From: a virus
DNA: 64,000 bases
IMG/VR virus record: IMGVR_UViG_3300025395_000007
Direction: 5' to 3' (one strand)
The notes beneath the pieces were generated by a model. The model ran no database searches, had not been told where the DNA came from, and worked only from the letters and a program-made list of their open reading frames with translations. Shown one piece after another: positions 48,329-54,790 of the stretch. Both the position numbers and the translations under genes were made by a program. Position 1 is the first letter of the stretch; each line of letters opens with the position of its first letter.

Positions 48329-48693
48329 TGAATTTGCCATGGAAGATTGTGAAGAAAACTTATACACCAGCCGACAAAAAAATAGAAGAAATAATTAATT
48401 TACTTTTCCCACCTCTTATCTTAGAACAAGAAATAGATAAAGATGGTGGGGTGACTAAGTTCCATATAGATTACTCAGCTGATTCGAATTTAGATTCAGT
48501 ACTGAGTGATCTAGAAGATGGTCATAACGACAAAGCATGTCATGATACTCTTAAAGATATTTCTAATAGATTATTTAAATTGCGTAAGATGTTAGAAGCC
48601 TATAGAGAATTAGATAAAGACGCAAGATATATAATCGTTGAAAACTTTAATAGTAATAATGAGGAAATAGGTTATGACGAAGGACAATATTGA
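48328..48693 (+). CDS. Hypothetical protein
   Basis: GGGAG RBS; coupled ORF. Confidence 0.65.
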   Translation: MNLPWKIVKKTYTPADKKIEEIINLLFPPLILEQEIDKDGGVTKFHIDYSADSNLDSVLSDLEDGHNDKACHDTLKDISNRLFKLRKMLEAYRELDKDARYIIVENFNSNNEEIGYDEGQY

Positions 48694-48910
48694 TTTAGAA
48701 TTGGATAATCTTTTCAATGCCATTGAAAAAATGATCGACATTCAAGATGTTATCTCATATGAAGAACAGCATGAAAATCGCGCTGCTGCTTATGACATAA
48801 AAGTAAAACATCATACTCCTGCTAAAAAAGAAGCCCAACAGGCATTCCAATCTGCAGTAAAAGAGATCGTCAGAAAGATGTTTAAAAACAGGACACCCTA
48901 CCATCTATAA
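48674..48910 (+). CDS. Hypothetical protein
   Basis: GAGGA RBS. Confidence 0.6.
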   Translation: MTKDNIDLELDNLFNAIEKMIDIQDVISYEEQHENRAAAYDIKVKHHTPAKKEAQQAFQSAVKEIVRKMFKNRTPYHL

Positions 48911-48916
48911 TAGGTG

Positions 48917-48944
48917 TTGACTTTTTCTCCAAATAGGGTATAAT
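48917..48944 (+). promoter_or_regulatory. Sigma70-type promoter
   Basis: TTGACT-16-TATAAT. Confidence 0.7.
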
Positions 48945-48968
48945 GGTAATACCATTGGAGAAAATGAA

Positions 48969-49331
48969 ATGACGATGCACCTTCTTCCTGCCTTCGTTAC
49001 TACGACGAGGACTCCCCGTAAAGCTAAGAGTAAGACTGATACATCCAAGCATGACGCATGGTTGATGAAGCACGGCGTTCATCCTACTCAAATTAAGCGA
49101 AAGAAAAGTGTTGACTTAAATTGGGTTTCAAGGTATAATGATACTATGGTTGTTGATCGATCCGATTATGTAAGTCTAGGGATTAACGGTAATTGTCCGA
49201 AAGCCCCTGAGAAAGTATATACTGGCGGTAATCTCGTTGGTATTGCTACGATGCATAAGTCGAATATGGTTCCAATCTTTGCTGAGTCTATTCAAGATGC
49301 TCAGGATATCGCTAGAATGAGGAGAGGTTGA
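48969..49331 (+). CDS. Basic hypothetical phage protein
   Basis: GGAG RBS; YTG...GIATMHKSN.VP...A.MRR. Confidence 0.7.
   Translation: MTMHLLPAFVTTTRTPRKAKSKTDTSKHDAWLMKHGVHPTQIKRKKSVDLNWVSRYNDTMVVDRSDYVSLGINGNCPKAPEKVYTGGNLVGIATMHKSNMVPIFAESIQDAQDIARMRRG
49111..49139 (+). promoter_or_regulatory. Intragenic sigma70-type promoter
   Basis: TTGACT-17-TATAAT. Confidence 0.6.
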
Positions 49332-49519
49332 TGCAAATTAAAGATAAGCTAGTCAAGGTGAACGATAATTTCAGTGTTCTAATGTATGATAACGGTTTCA
49401 TGATTGAGATCGCTGGACGTGATCGCAATGATAATTGGGCGACCGCAAAAATTATGGCACATGATATTGAAGAACTGATTGTTCTTATTAAAGAAGCAAT
49501 AACCATTACGAGAGATTAA
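49331..49519 (+). CDS. Hypothetical protein
   Basis: GGAG RBS; YDNGFMIEI.G. Confidence 0.65.
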   Translation: MQIKDKLVKVNDNFSVLMYDNGFMIEIAGRDRNDNWATAKIMAHDIEELIVLIKEAITITRD

Positions 49520-49520
49520 A

Positions 49521-49694
49521 ATGGATAACGTACAGATTCAACTCCAAGACCAAACTGGTAACTGGCGTACTTATCAAGTTACATTGAATCACTCGCAATA
49601 TATTATTTCTGGGATGCGTAGTCTTGCATCTCAATTCCCTAATCAACGTGTAAGAGCGGTTGATATGAACGGACGATTACTTGACATTCTTTGA
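49521..49694 (+). CDS. 57-aa hypothetical protein (not in ORF track)
   Basis: MDNVQIQLQDQTGNWRTY...RVRAVDMNGRLLDIL fills the gap. Confidence 0.65.
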   Translation: MDNVQIQLQDQTGNWRTYQVTLNHSQYIISGMRSLASQFPNQRVRAVDMNGRLLDIL

Positions 49695-49703
49695 AAAAAA
49701 GTG

Positions 49704-49732
49704 TTGACTTTTGTCTTTTTCTATAGTAAGAT
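49704..49732 (+). promoter_or_regulatory. Sigma70-type promoter
   Basis: TTGACT-17-TAAGAT. Confidence 0.65.
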
Positions 49733-49759
49733 TACTAAATAATGTGAATGGAGAAACTA

Positions 49760-50017
49760 ATGACGACTAATCTACAAAAGGTGTACGAAGCTCTTGTTGT
49801 AAACGGTGAAGAACTCACCGCAAAGCAGATCTCTGCACGTTATAATATCGCTAACCCACATGATGCTGTTTATCAGCTTCGTATGAAGGGCTATTCGATT
49901 TATAAGAATGAACATACGAATTCAAAGGGACACGTTACTAACAAGTATCGTTTTGGAACACCGTCCCGCAATGTTATCGCTGCAGGCTACAAAGCACTCG
50001 CAGCGGGTCTCGTCTAA
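49760..50017 (+). CDS. Winged helix-turn-helix DNA-binding protein
   Basis: LTAKQISARY...VYQLR..GY.I...YR.G.P; GGAG RBS. Confidence 0.7.
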   Translation: MTTNLQKVYEALVVNGEELTAKQISARYNIANPHDAVYQLRMKGYSIYKNEHTNSKGHVTNKYRFGTPSRNVIAAGYKALAAGLV

Positions 50018-50040
50018 AGAATCCCAAAATTTGGGTCTTT

Positions 50041-50068
50041 GAGGCGGGATGAAAATCCCGCCTTTTTT
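50041..50068 (+). terminator. Intrinsic terminator
   Basis: AGGCGGGAT-GAAA-ATCCCGCCT-TTTTT. Confidence 0.88.
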
Positions 50069-50085
50069 ATTGTTGAAAATAGTTG

Positions 50086-50113
50086 TTGACTTATTTTCAA
50101 TTTACGGTATAAT
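50086..50113 (+). promoter_or_regulatory. Sigma70-type promoter of the tRNA/ncRNA array
   Basis: TTGACT-16-TATAAT. Confidence 0.75.
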
Positions 50114-50124
50114 GATACTTGTGA

Positions 50125-50140
50125 TGCTGTTTGACATTGT
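50125..50140 (+). promoter_or_regulatory. boxA-like antitermination element
   Basis: TGCTGTTTGACATTGT just after the predicted start site; resembles rrn boxA TGCTCTTTAACA. Confidence 0.55.
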
Positions 50141-50162
50141 TAGAGAGAAAAGATAACTTCGG

Positions 50163-50320
50163 TTATCTCTTCATAGATACTACACGGGGTACCGCCTATG
50201 GACGCATAGGCTAATGAGCGATTGGGCCATCATGCCGCTCTAAGACAACCTGACCAATGGCTAATGACGGCTGCAACCGACTCAGAAATTTGGTTTTATG
50301 TAGTATCTTTGAAGAGATAA
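50163..50320 (+). ncRNA. Unknown structured RNA enclosed by a 22-bp stem
   Basis: 50163..50184 pairs with 50299..50320 (1 mismatch); inner hairpins and a possible pseudoknot. Confidence 0.6.
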
Positions 50321-50338
50321 AAGAGTTTTGGAAGGTAC

Positions 50339-50501
50339 TGGCTAGGCGCTGGTATCTGTATTCCCTGGCAGGAGTACGAACGAGGGATGCCAGTCTTTCT
50401 AGTAGCCAAATAACTAATTGTAGCAGTATGGCACTGCTTGTGAAGCACCTACGGAGATGGTAGGAGAGCAGATGAGCAATCATCTAACAAAACAAATGCC
50501 A
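50339..50501 (+). ncRNA. Two unknown structured RNAs, each ending in CCA
   Basis: Long hairpin 50339..50408; multibranch fold 50429..50501 closed by TGGCA/TGCCA. Confidence 0.45.
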
Positions 50502-50509
50502 ATCGATTT

Positions 50510-50585
50510 GCGGTCTTAGTGTTGAGGGTCAGCACATGAGTTTGTGGCACTCAAAGAACTGGTTCGATCCCAGTAGACCGTACCA
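50510..50585 (+). tRNA. tRNA-His(GTG), no G-1, G1:U72, A73
   Basis: Manual cloverleaf; anticodon loop TTGTGGC; CCA encoded. Confidence 0.9.
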
Positions 50586-50590
50586 AAGAA

Positions 50591-50746
50591 TTGCAGGGGA
50601 TGGATACCTGTAAATCACCGATGACAAGAGTTGTGTATTGATTATCGGGTATAGTCGCAGCCACTGGGGTCTGCTTGACACAAACGTCTTATCCAATTAA
50701 ATCTACTCCGCGAAAAGGGAGATGCTGGATGGCAGTAACCAGCAAC
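50591..50746 (+). ncRNA. Unknown multi-hairpin RNA
   Basis: GC-richer non-coding spacer with stems TTGCAGG/CCTGTAA, TTGTGT/ACACAA, GCAG/CTGC, TGCTGG/CCAGCA. Confidence 0.4.
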
Positions 50747-50753
50747 GAATTTA

Positions 50754-50842
50754 GGGGTGGCTGCTCAGACGGCGGATGGGCACGGGGCTGTAAACCTCGC
50801 ACATAGGAAACGGAGTTGGTTCGAATCCAACCCGCCCCACCA
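50754..50842 (+). tRNA. tRNA-Tyr(GTA)
   Basis: Loop CTGTAAA, long variable region, CCA. Confidence 0.88.
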
Positions 50843-50847
50843 TATAC

Positions 50848-50923
50848 GAACCCATAGCACAATTGGTGGTGCAAGATGCTTTTAACTTCTAGGTTACAGG
50901 TTCAAATCCTGTTGGGTTCACCA
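50848..50923 (+). tRNA. tRNA-Lys(TTT)
   Basis: Loop CTTTTAA; one T-T mismatch in the anticodon stem; CCA. Confidence 0.85.
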
Positions 50924-51010
50924 ATGTTGTGTTGGTCGAGATTCCATTAACACTCGACAAGTCCTAGTCTGCCTGTAGTATACTGCAGTTTAGATCGGGC
51001 ACCAAAGTTT

Positions 51011-51115
51011 GCTTCCATGAACTAATTGCTTCTAGTACTGGTACCGGAAAAAAGCATTGCCCAAGTTCTCCTCGTCGTGGGGAGTATGTAGGTTGGAATC
51101 CTACTGGGAGCTCCT
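51011..51115 (+). ncRNA. tRNA-like RNA with greatly expanded D-loop
   Basis: Acceptor GCTTCCA/TGGGAGC, T-arm GTAGG-TTGGAAT-CCTAC, D-stem GAACT/AGTTC, non-canonical anticodon arm. Confidence 0.5.
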
Positions 51116-51125
51116 AACTAAATAT

Positions 51126-51202
51126 GGACTACTAGCTCAATAGGTTAGAGCATCTGACTCTTAATCAGAGGGTTCGCAGTTCGATTCTGCGGTAGTCTAC
51201 CA
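51126..51202 (+). tRNA. tRNA-Lys(CTT)
   Basis: Loop CTCTTAA; CCA. Confidence 0.93.
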
Positions 51203-51215
51203 ATTTGGAGATGTT

Positions 51216-51857
51216 ATGGCAAATATCGGCATTTATAAACACCATCCTTACTGTTCTGAACAATCTTCTTCTGGTGTTGTAGATGCTATAAACCATTTCC
51301 ATAAATGTAGTTATTTTAATGAAACTGATATTACTCCTGAGTTTTTAAGTCAATTTGATATGATAATATTTCCTGGAGGTATTGGTGACTCAGAAGAATT
51401 CTTTAATTTATTTCATTGGAGAAAAGCTGCAATAGTAAATGATTATGTAAAATCTGGAGGAAAATATCTTGGAATATGCATGGGTGCTTATTGGGCTGGT
51501 TCTCGTTACTTTGATATTATCGATAGCTTAGATGCAGTTCAATATATTAAACAGCCTGATGCATTAATAAAACGTAGTTATGGAACTGTTGTCCCAGTAA
51601 TGTGGGAAGGTAATAATGAAATAATATATTTCTATGACGGATGTACTTTTGATGGAGACATATCTAAAGCACAAATCATAGGAAGTTATGGTTCGGGTCA
51701 TCCTGCTGCGATAATTCAAGGTAATATAGGTTTGATTGGTCCGCATCCAGAGGCAAATGAGTTTTGGTTTGATACATGGAAATATATGCCAGATTATTTT
51801 CATCGTGGTCACCATCATAAGTTGCTAAGAGAGTTTGTTAATAAATTGCTTAGATAG
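51216..51857 (+). CDS. BPL_N-like class I glutamine amidotransferase-fold protein
   Basis: FPGG, GGKYLGICMGAY, GPHPE (Cys-His-Glu triad). Confidence 0.8.
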   Translation: MANIGIYKHHPYCSEQSSSGVVDAINHFHKCSYFNETDITPEFLSQFDMIIFPGGIGDSEEFFNLFHWRKAAIVNDYVKSGGKYLGICMGAYWAGSRYFDIIDSLDAVQYIKQPDALIKRSYGTVVPVMWEGNNEIIYFYDGCTFDGDISKAQIIGSYGSGHPAAIIQGNIGLIGPHPEANEFWFDTWKYMPDYFHRGHHHKLLREFVNKLLR

Positions 51858-51923
51858 CTCAGTTGGTAGAGCAGTGGTTTGAAGAACCACGTGTCGGCGG
51901 TTCGACCCCGTCTCTAAGCACCA
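51848..51923 (+). tRNA. tRNA-Phe(GAA)
   Basis: Loop TTGAAGA; CCA; overlaps the upstream stop codon. Confidence 0.92.
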
Positions 51924-51937
51924 TATAGGAGTATATC

Positions 51938-52150
51938 ATGTTTACAGTTGAACAAGTATTACAATGGCAAGGGATCAGCGTAGTTGATAGTCTTGTAGCA
52001 TCTGATTTGTGTAAGTCTAAATCAGATGCTCGACGTATGATTGATCAGGGCGCTATTAAGGTAGATGATATGAAAGTAACTGATCATAATGCAGTTGTAT
52101 TATTCAGTCCAGATAAAACAAAACATGTATTAGTACAAATTGGCGCATAG
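51938..52150 (+). CDS. Stand-alone S4 RNA-binding domain resembling the TyrRS C-terminus
   Basis: LV.SDLCKSKSDARRMIDQGAIKVD..KV.D; AGGAG RBS. Confidence 0.8.
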   Translation: MFTVEQVLQWQGISVVDSLVASDLCKSKSDARRMIDQGAIKVDDMKVTDHNAVVLFSPDKTKHVLVQIGA

Positions 52151-52215
52151 CTCAGAGGTAGAGCACTGTCCTGATAAGACAGGGGTGGTTGGATCGTTAC
52201 CAACTGTGCCAACCA
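52141..52215 (+). tRNA. tRNA-Ile(GAT)
   Basis: Loop CTGATAA; atypical T-loop ATCGTTA; CCA. Confidence 0.88.
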
Positions 52216-52220
52216 ATTAT

Positions 52221-52294
52221 GGTGCGTTCGGCTAATGGTAGGCCTCTTGATTTTCGCTCAGGCAACAGGAGTTCGATTCTCCTACGCACTACCA
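52221..52294 (+). tRNA. tRNA-Glu(TTC)
   Basis: Loop TTTTCGC; CCA. Confidence 0.85.
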
Positions 52295-52301
52295 ATACAA
52301 T

Positions 52302-52380
52302 CAGAGTGTGGGGAAGTCTGGTCGTTCCCGCCTCCCTTGGAAGGAGGAGCTCGGTGGTTCAAATCCACCCACTTTGACCA
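52302..52380 (+). tRNA. tRNA-Pro(TGG)
   Basis: C1:G72, A73; loop CTTGGAA; CCA. Confidence 0.9.
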
Positions 52381-52384
52381 TTAA

Positions 52385-52482
52385 AGGCAGACCCACAGAT
52401 AGCTGCCTCCGCCATACGCGAAACGTGGGATGGGCTGCGTATGCGGGGTTTGGTGGTTTCCCTGACACAAGAAAAACCACCA
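52385..52482 (+). ncRNA. Three-hairpin RNA with possible kissing loops
   Basis: Stems AGGCAG/CTGCCT, CATACGC/GCGTATG, TGGTGGTTT/AAACCACCA; loop CCCAC is complementary to loop GTGGG. Confidence 0.5.
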
Positions 52483-52487
52483 CTATA

Positions 52488-52808
52488 TTATTTCTTTTTT
52501 AATGATGCTACTAGATCAGCAAGAGCCTGATGATCTTCTTGAATATCTTTTAAAATTTCTACAAGATGTTCGTGATCTTCTTCTGCACGTTCTTCTGCTG
52601 CTTTACCAGCAAGGTTTTGGCCTACCATAATAAGAGGTAGTGCAACAAGCTGGATAATACCGCCAGATACGTAAAATACAAAATCTTGTAGAGATGGTAT
52701 TACAGTTGGTAACATTGACCAGATAAAAAAGAAATATACGCACCAAATGCTTGACATCCAAGCAACAGTTTTAAGAGCAATTGAGTCATTAATTTTAGAT
52801 AAGTTCAT
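52488..52808 (-). CDS. DUF1003-like small membrane protein
   Basis: AGGAG RBS before ATG 52808; two hydrophobic helices, LPLIMVGQN, then coiled coil. Confidence 0.75.
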   Translation of the reverse strand: MNLSKINDSIALKTVAWMSSIWCVYFFFIWSMLPTVIPSLQDFVFYVSGGIIQLVALPLIMVGQNLAGKAAEERAEEDHEHLVEILKDIQEDHQALADLVASLKKK

Positions 52809-52846
52809 TTTTATTCTCCTTAATAAGGTTATTTGATATTTATCTG

Positions 52847-52874
52847 TTGACTTATTCTCTAAATAAGGTATACT
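52847..52874 (+). promoter_or_regulatory. Sigma70-type promoter re-initiating the tRNA array
   Basis: TTGACT-16-TATACT. Confidence 0.7.
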
Positions 52875-52890
52875 AAGTAATATAGAGTTT

Positions 52891-52965
52891 TGGGAAGTGG
52901 CGCAGCGGTAGCGCAGGTGACTGTTAATCACTTGGTCGTAGGTTCGAATCCTACCTTTCCAGCCA
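52891..52965 (+). tRNA. tRNA-Asn(GTT)
   Basis: U1:A72, G73; loop CTGTTAA; CCA. Confidence 0.93.
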
Positions 52966-52970
52966 ATTCT

Positions 52971-53046
52971 GCCCTTATAGCTCATTTGGTAGAGCAGTTG
53001 CTTTGTAAGCATCAGGTGGTCAGTTCGAATCCGACTGGGGGCACCA
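52971..53046 (+). tRNA. tRNA-Thr(TGT)
   Basis: Loop TTTGTAA; CCA. Confidence 0.9.
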
Positions 53047-53049
53047 TAC

Positions 53050-53280
53050 TGTAGCGAAAGGGTGGCGTCCACCGTTCAGACCTCTATGCCCTATGCTGGC
53101 CAGCATCTATCGGGAGTGATTAGAGAAAAGAGCCGCTACATTGAGTCGCTGTCAGTACTGTGGGAAGTGCAGATGGTCAACACTAGGACACCGTTCGAAT
53201 CGGACCAGCGACAACCTCGGGAGAGCTGTTTGGAAACACTCAGCAATATCTTGAAGGTTCAAACCCTTCTCTCCCGCCCA
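53050..53280 (+). ncRNA. Three tandem structured RNAs, two of them tRNA-like
   Basis: TGTAGCG/CGCTACA (53050..53140); GTCGCTG/CAGCGAC with a TTCGAAT loop (53145..53216); CGGGAGA/TCTCCCG plus T-arm and CCA (53218..53280). Confidence 0.55.
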
Positions 53281-53285
53281 ATTTT

Positions 53286-53359
53286 GCTCTCTTAGTTAAA
53301 TGGTATAACAGATGTTTAGTAATCATCTATTGGCAGTTCGATTCTGTCAGGGAGCACCA
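53286..53359 (+). tRNA. tRNA-Thr(AGT), rare A34 anticodon
   Basis: G1:C72, C2:G71; loop TTAGTAA; T-T at 31:39; CCA. Confidence 0.8.
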
Positions 53360-53447
53360 CTATGTACCACCCACGCCTCTCGACGTGTAAGATGCGCAAC
53401 AGGGATCTGGAAATAACCAGTGACGACTCCAACGGGTCAACGGTCTC

Positions 53448-53455
53448 TATAAATA
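53448..53455 (+). promoter_or_regulatory. T4-type late promoter
   Basis: TATAAATA before an AAGGAG RBS. Confidence 0.7.
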
Positions 53456-53472
53456 TCTCTAAGGAGATATCA

Positions 53473-53706
53473 ATGCCTGTACCCTGCGATTACCTCGCGG
53501 TGCAGTGGGATAATACTACATGGGTTCGATATGAAATGTGTCAGTTCGCTAAACAAAATGATGGCATTGACGGTGTTTATATCGGTGCACGATTAGAATT
53601 TAGACCTATAAAATCTCTAGATCAAGGCAAATGTCTTGATATGGATAAAAAAACACATGCTCGTTATAAGATCGGCGATAAAGAATGGGTGTGTTTAATT
53701 AATTGA
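53473..53706 (+). CDS. Hypothetical protein (77 aa)
   Basis: AAGGAG RBS, then MPVPCDY. Confidence 0.65.
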   Translation: MPVPCDYLAVQWDNTTWVRYEMCQFAKQNDGIDGVYIGARLEFRPIKSLDQGKCLDMDKKTHARYKIGDKEWVCLIN

Positions 53707-53759
53707 GGCAGTGCGTAGGAATTGGATACTGCGGAGTTTTAAAATTTAATACGTTATAC

Positions 53760-53833
53760 GGCTTGATGGCAGAATGATGATGCAAAGGTCTGCAAAACCT
53801 TCTATCCGAGTTTGATTCTCGGTCAAGCCTCCA
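53760..53833 (+). tRNA. tRNA-Cys(GCA)
   Basis: U73; loop CTGCAAA; A19/U56 variant; CCA. Confidence 0.87.
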
Positions 53834-53840
53834 ACTAATA

Positions 53841-53932
53841 ACTGGAACATTCGTGTCAAAAGCATTTGAAGCGAAGGGAAAACATGCGGAGTAATTACCG
53901 CCTCTGTCATTGTACCTAGACGATGTTCTGGT
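53841..53932 (+). ncRNA. Unknown stem-enclosed RNA
   Basis: ACTGGAACAT/ATGTTCTGGT closing stem; inner GCGG-AGTAATTA-CCGC. Confidence 0.4.
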
Positions 53933-53943
53933 GGCGCTATAAA

Positions 53944-54018
53944 GGTCCGTGAATCAGCAGGTGTAGATACTCGTCTGTCTAACGAGTGAGAGGGGATCGA
54001 TACCCCTACGGATCGCCA
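53944..54018 (+). tRNA. tRNA-Asp(GTC)
   Basis: G73; loop CTGTCTA; T-loop ATCGATA; CCA. Confidence 0.82.
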
Positions 54019-54019
54019 A

Positions 54020-54027
54020 TATAAATA
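54020..54027 (+). promoter_or_regulatory. T4-type late promoter
   Basis: TATAAATA. Confidence 0.7.
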
Positions 54028-54057
54028 GTTTAAATCACAATATGAAAGGAGTCTATC

Positions 54058-54429
54058 ATGACTGACATTACTAATATCTCTCAAGATACTAATACTGCTA
54101 CTTCACCAGTAGCTGCTCCAGTAGAAGCCACTGTTGCTACTCCACCAGCAGCTGCTCCAGTTACTGCACATCCAGTACTTCTATCTCAGTCAAATGAGAT
54201 TCTCCAGTATCTTTCTAATGAAGTTAACAAACATACAGAGCTTCTTGCACTTGTTAATTCTTTCCGTTCTCAACTAGATACTTTGCATTCAGACCTTACT
54301 AAGGTAGATTCTTTCCTATTGAAAGAATATAATGCCATTGAACCTGTTGTTGTTAAAACAGCAGACACTGTCGAAGCCGATGTAGAAAAGGCATATAAGG
54401 CAGTTAGTAACTGGTGGAATAAAAAGTAA
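54058..54429 (+). CDS. Hypothetical protein (Ala/Pro/Thr-rich N-terminus, coiled coil)
   Basis: AAGGAG RBS. Confidence 0.7.
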   Translation: MTDITNISQDTNTATSPVAAPVEATVATPPAAAPVTAHPVLLSQSNEILQYLSNEVNKHTELLALVNSFRSQLDTLHSDLTKVDSFLLKEYNAIEPVVVKTADTVEADVEKAYKAVSNWWNKK

Positions 54430-54435
54430 TATATT

Positions 54436-54512
54436 GGTTCCATAGCTCAGCTGAATAGAGCGTCGCGCTACGAACGCGAAGGTCAGAGGTTTGACTCCTC
54501 TTGGAACCTCCA
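54436..54512 (+). tRNA. tRNA-Arg(ACG)
   Basis: Loop CTACGAA; A19/U56 variant; CCA. Confidence 0.9.
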
Positions 54513-54515
54513 TTA

Positions 54516-54710
54516 ATGGACATATCGATGGACTTTGATAATAAAGAATTTAAAAAAGCTTTTTGGGAATGGTTCGATGTTCTTCCTGAGAAAGAAAAAG
54601 ACAAATTCAAATATTATCGATCTGATATGGCCGAACTTTATTTTTATAATTCAGTGTATAAAAAACTGATTAATGAAAAAGATTTTTATTTACAGAACTA
54701 TAATAAGTAA
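54516..54710 (+). CDS. Hypothetical protein
   Basis: Fills the inter-tRNA gap; FWEWFD motif; start may be 54528. Confidence 0.6.
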   Translation: MDISMDFDNKEFKKAFWEWFDVLPEKEKDKFKYYRSDMAELYFYNSVYKKLINEKDFYLQNYNK

Positions 54711-54712
54711 TT

Positions 54713-54786
54713 GCGGATTTCGTATAGTGGCAATACCTCAGATTTCCAATCTGAAGCGAGGGGTTCGATTCCCCTAGTCCGCTCCA
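54713..54786 (+). tRNA. tRNA-Gly(TCC)
   Basis: U73; loop TTTCCAA; CCA. Confidence 0.92.
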
Positions 54787-54790
54787 CTAT

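Noticed and set aside
52809-53072. N-terminal extension of track ORF 52488..53072
   Set aside because: It is antisense to tRNA-Asn and tRNA-Thr; the RBS supports a start at 52808.
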